DNA from: Paecilomyces variotii
Lineage: Eukaryota
Assembly: GCA_004022145.1 (NCBI GenBank)
Contig: RCNU01000009.1
Direction: 5' to 3' (one strand)
Length of the DNA stretch: 64,000 nt
Made by a program: the position numbers and the translations under genes. A model generated the notes under the pieces. It had not been told where the DNA came from. It searched no databases and worked only from the letters and a program-made list of their open reading frames with translations. Every line of letters begins with the position of its first letter. The stretch's first letter is position 1. Below, in pieces: positions 12,896-25,183 of this stretch.

Positions 12896-13941
12896 GCGGT
12901 TTTTTTCTCTTCGCGGGCTTTAACAAGCAATGAGGCATTTTCGATTCTTGTACAATATGATTAGGGATACCCTGTGTCGGGGATAGGTTTGGGGAACTGC
13001 TCTGTTGCATGCATGCTAGTTAATCACTCATGACATTCCTGCTTTTTAGATGCGGCAGGATCATAACGTCTGTCAGTTAACGGCCAGCTATCTGGAACTT
13101 TTGACAAATGCATATTGAAAAGGCCACGGTCAGTCGACCAGTTGCATCATTAATGAGCGGTCCAGGTCGTAATGCTCCTGATAACGGTAGATTTCTCACG
13201 TGAAGTCACGTGAACCGTGTAGACCTAGAAGGGTTTCAATCCGGATGCCTGCATTCAAGCCGTATTGACTGCAATTGCTGATTTTTTATAGACAATCCTT
13301 TGATATAATTGAATTTGCCCTCTCTGGCATTCTCGAATCGAGGACTGCTGGACAATAGATAGATTGCATTTGATGAATGGACATGGATTTGGTACCAGGG
13401 ACATTCCCCCTCTGAGGACTTAGTAGATACTATTCCACTTCAGTCTCTGCCTTCTATATGTCTAAGGGGGATGATAATCCCATATCTATCTTCAAGCATA
13501 CAAAGAATCTAGACCTTAGTGATCTAGTAGGTTCAATCCTATAATAAGGATAATCAAAGCAATCAAAGAACCTGCACATCAGCTGTACGCTGCCTTTGTG
13601 CGCCGACAGAATACGTATGGGCAAATGTGCTTGGCATTATAGCTTTATACCTAAATATGGCAAGACATTTCCCATAGGTAAGGATTAAGTGTTCCTGAAC
13701 ATACCCGAGAGTTACCATGAAAATTCCACAAGCTCGGTATTAGAGAGAAATAGATATCTACTCTGGACTGTTGGGCTATCGTAAGCTCATGCTATTCATG
13801 TATATAGTACTGCAGCAATATACTAACGGTATTATGTCAAAAGGTATAAAACATTTCTTTCTTTCGAAAGACAACTCATGTTATTATCGCTCCGCCTCCG
13901 CCATCCGCGATAGCTCAAGACTCCGTAGATGCCGCACCCGA

Positions 13942-14424
13942 TTAGAGAAGAGACTGCACCTCCCCATAATCCGGTAGCAGTGATCCGAAATCACTGAAAA
14001 GACTCTCGTTCAATGCATTTGGGTCTGCTCCTGAAGCCATAGGTTCAGTCTCTGATTCCTGTCCGAGCGACGAGAACAAATCCAAGTTATCCATCATAGC
14101 AGACATCTTAATGTCCGATTCCCCATAGTTATCATGACTTCCAATACTCTGATTCTGAGTAGACAGGGAATTCTCATTCTCTCCATTATCCACGAGGTAA
14201 GAACCAGCCGTCAAATCTCCCGTGAACGCAACAGCAGATTCACAGACCAGACAGTGTCGTGGAGTTGCAGACAAGGCGATATTCATCGTCCCACAGACCC
14301 GGATAATAGGATTGGGGTTCTGCAGCGGTTTTGGCGCTGGATAGAATGTTGCATGCCAGCAAGGCTGGAATAACTCGTAGACTGTGCAGGTGCAGGGAGG
14401 AGCGTTGGGTTTGTAGAAGCACAT
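13942..14424 (-). CDS. Hypothetical protein, 160 aa, Cys-rich N-terminus and acidic tail
   Basis: Single ATG-initiated ORF with good start context (AACCATG). MCFY...CTC...PC...C...HCLVC pattern followed by an acidic low-complexity C-terminus. Confidence 0.6.
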   Translation of the reverse strand: MCFYKPNAPPCTCTVYELFQPCWHATFYPAPKPLQNPNPIIRVCGTMNIALSATPRHCLVCESAVAFTGDLTAGSYLVDNGENENSLSTQNQSIGSHDNYGESDIKMSAMMDNLDLFSSLGQESETEPMASGADPNALNESLFSDFGSLLPDYGEVQSLL

Positions 14425-15005
14425 GGTTTCGCGTTGTTGATACTGGATGGAAATGTATATGGGAAGGAGAAGGACGTCTGGTTTTGAGGTTTTGGTTGCT
14501 TGATTCTGTGGTGGATTTGATGATTTGGGTGATTTTATTTCCTTTTGTGGAGCACTGGTGGAAGAATTGTGAATGTGTGGATGGAAATGATACTGCTAAG
14601 GATGAAAATGTCGAGACTAAATACTCCGGTGGATGTCCATATACACACAACCGGTTATCTTCAGCGTCCGTCCTTCGGTGGCTATGGCTCTGCAGACATT
14701 TGGTTTGTGTCCGATCCAGGACAATGGTCTTTGTAATGCATCTGCTTCCATAAAGGACACTTTCTGCAGAGATGATTGGAGACATCTTCTTACAGGCCAG
14801 CTTAGTTTAGCACAAAGGATAGGTTGCAGAGTCATTGATCTTTTTTTCCTGAATTGGCATCGCATATCCGTTGTTAGGAATATGCTCATTATCTTTTCTC
14901 GTACTCGTACTCGTACTTTGGCACACAGTGCCGGATATATATGGTACAGGAATTTGAAAATAGCATGAAAAGAGAACCGGTGGATGGCATGGAATCCTGG
15001 TATCC

Positions 15006-17026
15006 TCAGTCGAAACCCTCAAACTCGTCTTCCTCGCCGTTTGCGGCACCTGCGGCCTCTTTGGAGGAGGCTCGTTCTTGTTCTTTTTGCTTTCTAATTT
15101 CCTCCAGCATCCTCTCTGTCTCACGCACCTTCTGTTTCTCCTCCTCGGTCATCTTCTCCCACCTGTCTCTGTCCTTTCTCGCCCTCTTCTTCTCTCTGCG
15201 CTTCTCACGCTCGCCCTTCTGTTCTAGTTTCTGACTCCAGGGTATATTTTCGGCTGGTCTCTTCTTCTGATGTTTCTGAGAAACATCATCGCCAGCTTCA
15301 GCTTTTTCTTTGAGAGCTTCCTGGCGGTGCTTTTCTCTCTGCTTTTCCTTGTATGCATAATTGTCCCAATCAAGGCTGACACCTAAAGTTGTATCCCCCT
15401 TGAAGTTCCTTAGTTCCGGCATTCGAGGAAGCTTTAGGAGGCCCCAAGCATGACCTAGTGCTTCCCAATCCAGATCGGCAACTCTGAATATGCTGCTGGC
15501 TTGGTGTTTGCTGTAACTGCGGACGAAGCTCACAAATCCTTTTTGACCTTTGTCATGAAGAGCGCGGTCTTTCAAGACGGCTTTACGGAATTTTTCCGTA
15601 GCAGCGGATGCATCTGCATCGGATAGCGAGAGCCTAGGGTTCTCATAGAGTGTCACCGGGGTCTTGCGAACTTCCAGGAACGGCACGTAATCCTCTTCTC
15701 TTCCTGGGTGTAGAAGAACTATACTCAATCCTCGACGGCCAGCCCGACCAGCACGACCGCACCGATGCATGAATGCCTTTGGATCTGATGGAGGATCTAC
15801 TTGAATGACAAGATCCACCGCGGGAATATCCAACCCGCGCGCAGCGACGTCTGTTGTTAATAGAACGGCAGGAGTCGTCGAATTGGTGAAACGTGTAAAG
15901 TTCTTTTGTCGAACATTAGCAGGGTGCTTGCCGTGAAGAGGAATCACAAGGAAATCGTCCCCAAGGAGTAAAGGAACCAGATGCTGGAAATAATCGACAC
16001 CGGCACAGGTTGAGAAATAGAGGATGGTTTTCTGTGGCGTCGGTTCAACGGCGGAGAGAATTCGTTGAACTGCCGGTAATTTGTGTGTTGGAGGAGTCAG
16101 AAGGTAGGTCATTTGCAAACTACGAGTTTGTCAGTGACCAGTGTTCAGGGAAGAGGAAACTAAACTGATTGTACCTTGCTGGAGTGCGTTTGTCTTCGAC
16201 ACCAGATGCGCCCTTCACCTTGACCGCGATCTTGACTGGATTCCGGAGGCCTACCCTCACTAGCTGGTCGACAGCTTCACTCACACTAGCACTGAAGAGT
16301 CCAGTTCGTCGCTGCTTCGGTAACCGAGCCAAGATCTTTGAAAGATCATCCTTGAAACCAAGATCCAACAGTCTATCCGCCTCGTCCATTACCAGTACCT
16401 CAAATGATGACTGCGGACAATGGACGTGGGGTGACGAGAGCAGCTCCAGCAGTCTTCCAGGGGTGGAGACAAGGACATTCGGAGATCGCTTCAAGAATGT
16501 ACTCAGGTCCTCCGCTGGTGTGGTTAGCCCTCCCAAAAGAAGCTGTGGGACAACTTTGAGGGTGGACGATGGGTATTTTGGACGTTCGCTTGCATCTTCT
16601 TCGTCCGGCGGATTAATGACCGATGCAGAAGGTTCGTGGAAAGCCAGTAATGAGACAAGAACATTATATATCTGCGATGCAAGTTCCCTTCAGGACAGGT
16701 CAGACTTGTACTGTAAACTCCATTGAGTAGACTTCTTACCTGGTTGGAGATATGATGATGGCGCCAATATTATGCTTTTTGATCGGCTCCTCTAGTCGCA
16801 GCAACTTCTCAACCACAGGGATTAAGAAGGATAGGGTCTTTCCACTTCCGGTAACGGCTTCGACCACCACATCTTTGTGGCCCATGAAAAGAGGGATGGT
16901 GGAGGCCTGCACGGGCGTCATGCGAGAGAACCCCATGGTGGAAACAGCATCCAGGATCCATGGTGAGAGCGGCGGATTGAGAGCCTCCCACGCCCTCGAG
17001 GACGTGGCAGCCGGCTTCGGGGCCAT
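15006..17026 (-). CDS. SPB4: ATP-dependent rRNA DEAD-box helicase Spb4 (DDX55), 3 exons
   Basis: [25 protein letters not shown] (spliced), [33 protein letters not shown] and the Spb4-type C-terminal [11 protein letters not shown]. Confidence 0.93.
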
Positions 17027-17103
17027 GACAGGGAAGAACTGCGCTGGAGGAGGACGACGTTGTCGGTCCTTGCCTGGTGGTAAAGTGCCGTCTTGTCTCC
17101 GCG

Positions 17104-17167
17104 CTCGAAAATTATTTTGAGATTGATAACCGTTATCGATGGAGAGCACTTTTCTGCCGTCACGTGA
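17104..17167. promoter_or_regulatory. Ribosome-biogenesis-like promoter elements (RRPE-like and GTCACGTGA E-box)
   Basis: GAAAATTATTTT at ~17107 and GTCACGTGA at 17159-17167, 80-140 nt upstream of the SPB4 ATG in the SPB4/DGK1 divergent promoter. Confidence 0.35.
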
Positions 17168-17894
17168 TAAACTGATAGTAAAAGGCGGTGAGACGTCCAT
17201 CGACGTGCACCTTGCTGTTGTGCACTGCTGTATGAGTCGTAGTGACTTAGCCAAGTCTTCCATTCAAGCCTTGGTAGGATGTCCAAAATATGTACGTTTA
17301 CTCGGAGCATGTGTTGGAATAGGTATATATATTATTATACCTACCATATCGGGATATCGCCTTGACTTGTCCGTGCACGATCAGATCGACCAGATCGTAT
17401 GGTAGGGCGGTTCTGCCGTGCCAGACCGCCGATCTATTGGCCTGAGCTTCAAGGCTTTCCGACGAACGCCGGCCTTGCTGAAAGTTTGATCGCGATACTT
17501 ATCCAACTAACTGTTAATTGTTCCTTGCTCAAGTGACCTCTTCTCTGTTCTCAGACTTGCTCCACACGTCCCACTCTCCACGTTGAAAAGAGAAGAAGGC
17601 TTTGGTCATTATTAATGTTACGCATGTGCTAGACAGAGCCTCCCACCTCGCTATGCGCCAGCAGCGACTCAGCTTCCACCTCCAGCAAGTTTTGAACCAA
17701 AGTTACGCTCCGACAGTTGCCCGATCTGGTTGTGTGCTATCGCACCAATATCTACCGTCAATATTCCGCTCGCCGCAGAAATCGGGACTCTATCCTCAGG
17801 CATTTTTGCCCAGGACGTGACTCTCTTGTGTCAGCTTCAGCTAGGAGTCATCCGGCGGCCAGCATTGCCGCCTTTTGACTTCCCTGCGATCGAG

Positions 17895-19037
17895 ATGTCC
17901 TCACAGTATGGGGTACCAGCCACTCCTCGCGTGATATCACCTTCTCCAACACCATCAGAACGGTCAGATTCGCGAGATGGCTATTTTACACGTTCCGCTG
18001 CGCGGCGCCAGCGGATGACATCGCCCCAGACAATATCGGAAGGATCTAAAGATGAGGAAGAAGTCGATGATTCCAGGACACAGTCTCGGACAAGCTCTCG
18101 CAGTCCTGCTGTATCATCCAGTCCCAGGAAGCGTCCTCCTCGACTTAGCTCTGCTAAAAAGACGCCTGTCGTGAAGTCGGAGCCCTTGACAAACGGGTTT
18201 CTGTCACCACCCCATAAGGAGAGCGGCTGGCATGATATCTCTCGGTCTCCCTCACCCCTGGGGCTTATCCCGCTTCACCAGCGGTACCGCGCTTTCATCC
18301 ACCGGCACGAAATCCCCCGCAAGCTTCTGCACGTGTCGATCGGCTTCCTGACGCTGTATCTTTACAGTCGCGGAATTCAAACGTACCAGATCACCCCATG
18401 GCTATTTTCTGCTCTAGTCCCTATTGCTGCGACCGATTTCCTCCGCCATCGATTCGAGGCCGTAAACAAGCTCTATATCACAGTGCTGGGTGCGCTCATG
18501 CGTGAGACGGAGGTGCAGGGCTACAATGGCGTTATCTGGTATCTGCTTGGAGCTTATGTTGTGCTCAAGTTCTTTTCCAAGGATGTCGGAGTCATGGGCG
18601 TCCTCCTCCTGAGCTGGTGTGACACCGCCGCGTCCACTGTGGGTCGCCTCTATGGAAAATACACACCAAAGATCCGCGACGGCAAGAGTGTGGCAGGCAC
18701 CCTTGCGGCCTGGACAGTGGGCGTTGTTACAGCAGCCGCCTTCTGGGGATGGTTTGTTCCGACTATGGGAGCCTTCCCCAATGATCCTGAGGGATCGTTC
18801 ATGTTCACCGGCCGTCTCAATCTCCTGCCTACCTCGATCAGAGGCCTCCTGGGATGGTCCCAGGACAGCTCGAATGGAGTCATCACCGGACCTCTGGCTC
18901 TCGGTGTGATGAGCGTCGTTTCTGGAATCGTCGCGGCGGGAAGTGAAATGATCGATCTCTTCGGATGGGACGATAACCTGACCATCCCCGTCCTGAGCGG
19001 TATTGGTTTATGGGGTTTCCTCAAGATTTTTGGTTAA
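17895..19037 (+). CDS. DGK1: CTP-dependent diacylglycerol kinase (cytidylyltransferase family), intronless
   Basis: HEIPRKLLHVSIG, GALMRETE, NGVIWYLLG, LLSWCDTAASTVGR, KSVAG and DDNLTIP motifs; multiple TM helices; first ATG at 17895. Confidence 0.92.
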   Translation: MSSQYGVPATPRVISPSPTPSERSDSRDGYFTRSAARRQRMTSPQTISEGSKDEEEVDDSRTQSRTSSRSPAVSSSPRKRPPRLSSAKKTPVVKSEPLTNGFLSPPHKESGWHDISRSPSPLGLIPLHQRYRAFIHRHEIPRKLLHVSIGFLTLYLYSRGIQTYQITPWLFSALVPIAATDFLRHRFEAVNKLYITVLGALMRETEVQGYNGVIWYLLGAYVVLKFFSKDVGVMGVLLLSWCDTAASTVGRLYGKYTPKIRDGKSVAGTLAAWTVGVVTAAAFWGWFVPTMGAFPNDPEGSFMFTGRLNLLPTSIRGLLGWSQDSSNGVITGPLALGVMSVVSGIVAAGSEMIDLFGWDDNLTIPVLSGIGLWGFLKIFG

Positions 19038-19888
19038 TTACTTACACAGTACCCACGTTGTCTTACACTTGTAATGCCCTTTCACGTCATGCATAAGCTT
19101 TCAAATCCAGTTGATACCTTTGCTTTTCCCTTTCTATTCTCTATGGATCCTCCTCCAATCACACATAACAATCCGTTCTGCAGTGACAGGATCAGAATCC
19201 CTTTTGGCCCATTTGACGATTTCACCAGCGTCAACTTTCAAGCATCGATACCTTCACGTCATGTTCTTATCCCGGACATCCCACCCCTAGTTTTTGGGTA
19301 CCGAATTTTGCAACGTCCTCTCGGTTCGCATAGCGTCCAGTTCACCTTTGAAATAGACAGGAACTAATATAACTGTTCCGTCTTCTCTCTTCTGAGACTC
19401 AAGAAAATATATACAATGCGCTTTGTGCAGCTTCCTTTTTTATTTCTTCTTTTTTTTTATTTTTCTTGTAATGTAAATAGATATTGCTAGTTCTCGAAGT
19501 GGAGTAAGTCTCTGGTATTTCGATTCGCTTCCCCGTCTAGATGGTATCTGTGATGTAAGACGTTCACTTGGTAACTATATTATTAGTCTAGTTTAGAATA
19601 GGTAGAATGCATACAGGCAATTTAGACATGGAAACGTGCACGTGCGGCATTGCTTTTCTGGTGCTACCAGTAGTATTATCCGACTATGACCAATCAATTA
19701 TCCAGCACTGTATCTGTCATCTATGCAAGAGGATTCAAAAAATAGATACTCGTGAAACGCGGAATGTCCAATTGAAGAGCAGATGGACTCCCACCGCCCA
19801 AAGGGAACGTAATCGTCCTAGGGACAAGGACTCCACCAACGCCTTCCAAGAAAAACAAAAAGATGGAAATATAGAGAAGTCCAAAATC

Positions 19889-22666
19889 CTACGTCAAATC
19901 AATAATGTCTACTCGTGAAGGCTTCTTCTTGTTGCTCTTTTCGGAAGCTGTCGACGGGTTGGAAGACTTTGTATTTCCTTTCTGGTCGGTATTCGGCTCG
20001 TCATCTGGAGTTCCCTCCGCTCTCCAGGATCCTTTCTGAGTTGTTACCGAGTACGTGTGTCTCGGTGACGTTCGCGGTTGACGACGTTTCGCTGGTTTGC
20101 CTGGAGAGGTCTCTGTCGGTTGGGGGGCAGTAGTTGTTTCATTCTTTGGAGGCGCTTTCCTGTTAACTTCGGATTTTGATTGTTCAGCATGCGAACCACG
20201 CGTTGAAGGTTTGGGTTCCAAATTCAGGCCTAACAAGTCTTCCAGCGAAGGCAAGTCTGCGTCTACATCTGGAGACGGCGATAGATCTGTGGTTTTTGTT
20301 GTCACCGCATCGCGTTGATGAGGACGGGGCCGAGCCTTTGATTTTGAGTTCTCCGTCCCTGGACCTGTCGGCGATCTCGTAGATGATCCCAAGGGACTGG
20401 TTTCTCCAGTTGCTTCCGCTTTGGCCACTACCTGACGCGGCTTTTGTCGACCACTGCGGCGCTTCTTCTCCTCGATGGGGGACGACGAGGAGGCCGCATT
20501 ACGCGGAGAGCATCTACGTGTCTTTGTCGTGGCCGATTTTGGGGAGCCTACTGTCTCACGAGTGGCAGTGAGATCTTGCGGCCGAGATGGAGGCGACAAT
20601 ACTATCGACTCCTTATCATCCATGCTTCCGTCAAGCTTATCCCCGGCGTTAGAACGTAAGGTACGGCCCTTTGCCTTCGACTTTGGGGCTTTATCAGCAG
20701 GGCGGCATTTGGGTGTTTGCGTTTGCGTGTCTGATGCTGTATGTGCCGAGCAGAACTCATCAACAAGCTCATCGATACTCTTTGAATAGGTCCTCTCGAG
20801 GGTCGCTCTCAGCCATCAGTACGGCGTCCGCGTTGAGTCAAATTAGGCGGTAGTACCTAGCTTTCCTTCATTCTCCCAGGTGCTTGTAGGACTCGATTCG
20901 GGCGTTGTGCTTGAGCGAGCCGCATCCAAAAGCTGTGCTTGTCTGGCGGGAGATATGTCCGACCTGGATTTGGCGGTACTGTAATATTTAAAAAGACTTC
21001 CGGGTTTCATGCCTGGGTCTATAGTCTTCTTTCCCCTCGTGGCGCTGGTACCCTTCGTAGACGCTGACTTTGCCTTCCTTTTCGGTGCTGTCGCCTTTTT
21101 GAGCTGTTCTCGTCTCCACGTGTCCACCGCACTCGGAGCCCCTATTTCCGCCACAGTCTCTAGAACCCATATCTTCATCGGTTCATATGGGTTGTAGAAC
21201 TTGGCTGGCTGCTGTGAGTCCTGAGCTTGAGCCTCTGCTTCAGAGTCACTGTCTTCCTCATCAATGACGTCTTCGGACCCCTGGACCTCTTGTTGTTGTT
21301 GGGGGAGTGGAGGATTAGGTTCCTCGGCCTCCAAGTCAAGACCGACAACGTCAATTGGGACCATTTCCATCTGTAACTGAGGCAGGCCATCTGTGCTCCA
21401 GTGAGTACGGCTCTTATACACTCGCTGCGCCGTTGGAATGGTAGTGTTTGGGACGAAAGAGCCATAACCCTGAAGTACAGTTGCAGGCTTTTGTAACCGA
21501 AGCCTGTAAGAGACCAAAGGTTCAGCCAGACATCTGACAATCTTCCTAGCCCCAGAGCGATACTTCCAATCAAGGAATTCTGCGGCAAACATCCTTAGTT
21601 CCAGCGCGTCAATTTCACGGTCCCAGGCGTTGACCAGCCGTCGTCGTAGCACTTCCACTTCTTCATCGGAGGAAACCACTGGATTGGCATAATACGAGAG
21701 TATTTCCTTGTCTGGGAAGGTCTCCGGAATTTTGACGGCCTTGTGCTTCGTCTGGAAGTAGCCGCTTTCATTTTCATCTAACTCGTATTGCAGCCTGGTC
21801 CTCCATTCGTCCAATTTCACCTCAGCATCGGTGGCACCCGATCTGAGTATATCCAGGAGGTCAGAACCAAACCCTGCTCTGGCGATCTCCGCTGCGAGCT
21901 TGCTGCCGCATTTAGGAACGCCGGATGGTAGATAATCGCCTCCACTAAGAAGGGCAAAGAGGACCATCGCATCTGAATCTAGGGGAACGTTTGCAGGCAT
22001 TCCTTCCTCCTCCCGCGTCCGATAGCAGGTGATATGCGTAGCCGCGGCTGTTCCGCTCGACTTCTCTTTAGAGAAATTCATCACGGTAAGCGTGGAGCCA
22101 AACATCAGCGCGTCGACATCGTTACTCATCACGGCGTCCACGACGCCTGCCTTCTGCAGTCTTGCACATTCAGCCTCAGCTTCTCCTGGGGCATCATGTC
22201 TGGGGAATTTGAAAAGGTCTATCAGAGTCTTTGAAAGACCAATAATCGGGGCTGAGCCATAGCTGCGACCACCCACTGCTTTTCCACGTTTAAATGGCGG
22301 CTTATGCCGTCCATCATACACAAAAAGAGGGTGCACAGGGAGAGCCAAGAACTTTAACAGTCTGTATACTAGAGTCCGCAGTTCTGGATTTGTCCCTCCC
22401 CGTCCCGATTGGACTTGGAACAGCCATATCGAAATATCAACAGCGATGCGGATGGGCCGTGAAGTCCGCTCCAGGTGAGTGATCGCCAACCTAGAGAGAG
22501 CGATGCGATCCCCAGGCCCGATCGCATTTATAAGTCTATCTCCAGTTAGTAAGATCAACAGGAACGAAGGATCCTGTCCGCGAGATCACGGCTCGGAATG
22601 GGCTTCGGCACGCGACGGTAGTTGTGTTTCGACGATGGGGAATATCGCTTACCCAGGAATCCCCAT
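19889..22666 (-). CDS. GEN1: XPG/Rad2-family structure-specific endonuclease, GEN1/Yen1-type Holliday junction resolvase
   Basis: Micro first exon MGIPG (ATG 22666, GTAAGC donor), then AVDISIW, FVYDG, APGEAEAECA, SNDVDALMFG and LSGGDYLPSG (XPG-N, XPG-I, H3TH). The C-terminal ORF 19889-20623 is in the same frame and can be joined only via a presumed 51 nt intron at 20806-20856. Confidence 0.82.
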
Positions 22667-22844
22667 TTGCAATTTTATCTTACGGAAATATCCATCATCT
22701 AGAAGAGATGATAATAGAGGCTGTCGTAACAGGGTCTAGAACAGGCGATCTATGACCAGTCGTGCGTGTTCCTCACTGTTTGTTGTGGTTGTTGTTGGAT
22801 GAAGGAAGATCCAATCAGGGATGTTTCTGAAACAGTGGAAAGTT

Positions 22845-23002
22845 GTCACGTGAAAAACACCGCGGAGGTAGAGCGTTGTCTGCGAACGACTTAACTATGC
22901 GCTCAGAGTCGGGGGAGTTTCAATTTCGCGATCAGTTCGCGTCTCTGGCAATTGGTATTGTTTCGAGTGATTATGTCCTCAATTGGAACTGATATGACGC
23001 GC
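22845..23002. promoter_or_regulatory. Bidirectional promoter GEN1/ARP11 with E-box and MCB/SCB-like sites
   Basis: GTCACGTGA 22845-22853, TTTCGCG 22924-22930, TTCGCGTC 22936-22943 and GACGCGC 22996-23002 in a ~460 bp divergent gap. Confidence 0.4.
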
Positions 23003-23125
23003 ATCTGGTAAGACGAGACCGGAAAACGTAGGTATCTTTCACTTGCGACCTCACTTGCGCTTCCCGCGCGGATACCGAGTGAGAGTAAACAAAAAGGAGC
23101 GCATCAGCGTTAGTGAAAGGCTACG

Positions 23126-24823
23126 ATGTCAACGATGGCCACGGCCACTTCCGGGATCGATAGGAAGCCTTCTATTTCAGGATCTGGTGCAGTGCGCTCC
23201 AGCACGCGATACAGCCAGCAGACCGAACCGTCCTCACCACATACCCCTCGACACTCGCATCATCGGTCAATAGTGTCCTTCTCTCAGACGTCGACGTCGT
23301 CGCCCGGTTCTTCGTTTCGGAATGAAGAAGACGCAGTCATATTCGAATTCGGGACACGATGGCTAAGAGCGGGATTTGAGGGTGATAGTGCGCCTATCTG
23401 CAAGGTTGGTTTTGGTCCGGAGGAATCAAGAAAGGCCGGTGATTACAGAGGATGGATAAAGACTCCAGGTGGTGGGAATGCGGGAGACAGAAAGCGATCA
23501 ATGAAGGCAGAGGAGTGGACGCGACGATATGAACTTTGGCGAATGGATCTACGAGATGTTGATCTGGCCCTGGTCGACGATAAGATCGAGCGCGCCGTTC
23601 GAGAGATATACAACAACTATTTGCTCACAGATGCTGGCAACTCGCGACTGGTCTTGGTCATACCTTCGATCGTACCTCATCCGTTACTGTCCTCCGTACT
23701 CTCCACCCTCTTCAACCGTTGGAGATATCCGAGCATCACACTTCTCCCGTCACCTACGATGGCCGCGGTAGCAGCAGGGCTGCGCTCAGCTTTGGTGGTG
23801 GATCTAGGCTGGGCAGAGACCACCGTCACTGGTCTCTACGAATACCGCGAGATCGAGACGAAACGAAGTACTCGAGGCATGAAGCTGTTGATGCAGGAGA
23901 TGGGAAGATTTCTCACTGCATTGGCTGAGAAGCGTGACCAGGAGACAGACGAGAATGATAGGATATCCGTCGGGTTCGATTATTGCGAAGAGGTCGTCAG
24001 CCGATTCGCATGGTGCAAGCTTCGTGATGAACCCGAACCAAGTCCAGACACTCCTCGTACGCCTAGCTTCAGAATGGCCTCGATTCCGTCGCCTTCTAAC
24101 CCCTCCGTGTACATCGAGGTGCCGTTCTCGAGGTTCGCTGACCAGGTGGATATCGCGCTCTTTGCCGAAGGCGTATCTGACTGGAACTTGGACGACCAAG
24201 AGAAGCCCATTGACGAACTTGTATATCGCACTCTCCTTGCGCTTCCACCCGACGTTCGCGGATCATGCATGTCGCGAATCATCTTCACCGGTGGCGGTGC
24301 CAACATCCCTGGAATCCGGCGCCGGATCCTGCAAGACGTCTCTTCCCTCGTCCGTCGCTACGGTTGGAGTTCCATCCGCGGTAGGGTGATTGACGAGCAG
24401 CGCAAAAAGCTCCAAGGCCTCAGCATCAATCAACAATCCCATCAGTCATCATCGTCCTCTGCACATCGACCGCCCTCTTCTTCCTCCTCCGTCACGATTC
24501 CGGATACGTTCAACACTGATGCCGACCATATCCAGCAGGAAGAGCTCGATTTCGTCGAACAGAAGCTTCGTCGCACACGCAAGGATCTGCATGGACCTCC
24601 TGTCCACGGTATCTTCCGCCAGGTCGATACCTTAGGTCCCTGGGCCGGGGCCAGTCTCGTGGCCAGTATGAAGCTTCGCGGTCTCGTAGAGATCGAGCGG
24701 GAGAAGTTCCTACAGCATGGTCTGGCAGGCGCGAGTCGAGATTCCGATGCGCACGTTCCTGATCGACGGTCTGGACTGCGGGCTGGAGATCGCTCGAGTT
24801 GGACGTTGGCGGGGTGGGGATGA
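23126..24823 (+). CDS. arp11: Dynactin actin-related protein Arp11/RO7, intronless
   Basis: Actin-fold motifs VIFEFGTRWLRAGFEG, LVVDLGWAET, LPPDVR...RIIFTGGGANIPG and WAGASL; C-terminal SWTLAGWG typical of filamentous-fungal RO7. Confidence 0.8.
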   Translation: MSTMATATSGIDRKPSISGSGAVRSSTRYSQQTEPSSPHTPRHSHHRSIVSFSQTSTSSPGSSFRNEEDAVIFEFGTRWLRAGFEGDSAPICKVGFGPEESRKAGDYRGWIKTPGGGNAGDRKRSMKAEEWTRRYELWRMDLRDVDLALVDDKIERAVREIYNNYLLTDAGNSRLVLVIPSIVPHPLLSSVLSTLFNRWRYPSITLLPSPTMAAVAAGLRSALVVDLGWAETTVTGLYEYREIETKRSTRGMKLLMQEMGRFLTALAEKRDQETDENDRISVGFDYCEEVVSRFAWCKLRDEPEPSPDTPRTPSFRMASIPSPSNPSVYIEVPFSRFADQVDIALFAEGVSDWNLDDQEKPIDELVYRTLLALPPDVRGSCMSRIIFTGGGANIPGIRRRILQDVSSLVRRYGWSSIRGRVIDEQRKKLQGLSINQQSHQSSSSSAHRPPSSSSSVTIPDTFNTDADHIQQEELDFVEQKLRRTRKDLHGPPVHGIFRQVDTLGPWAGASLVASMKLRGLVEIEREKFLQHGLAGASRDSDAHVPDRRSGLRAGDRSSWTLAGWG

Positions 24824-25183
24824 GACAGATTTGCCCTTATCTCGCTTGTATGTTGTATGCCTGTATGTAGACATTTGATCCATTACACAAATAGATACCC
24901 GGACTTGTCGTTCTCGTGAACTACTACTGCCTTGTTAAACTCAACTCCATACGGACATTCACGGATATCGATTCTACATGCGTAACAGGATAGAATGGAA
25001 GCACAGCTCCATCGCTAGTGATGAGTTGTTTATTTGGACATCTAAAGTAGAAAAAAGTATGTCCATTTATATACAGCCTTTTTTCAAGGGCGGGTATTAG
25101 TTAAGGAGTATATAAGAACTATAGGAGCTTCACAAAGCTGCCAGACATAGATGACCAGCAAACTAGTTAATCTCCAGATAGTT

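Noticed and set aside
14240..14968. Several overlapping 90-180 aa ORFs upstream of the 13942-14424 gene
   Set aside because: No recognisable motifs or coding bias; consistent with promoter/UTR sequence
17027..17263. In-frame N-terminal extension of SPB4 (similarly DGK1 17730-17894, epimerase 26411-26545, SDS3 34265-34366)
   Set aside because: The extensions cover promoter-like sequence or start at non-ATG codons; family-typical sequence begins at the downstream ATG
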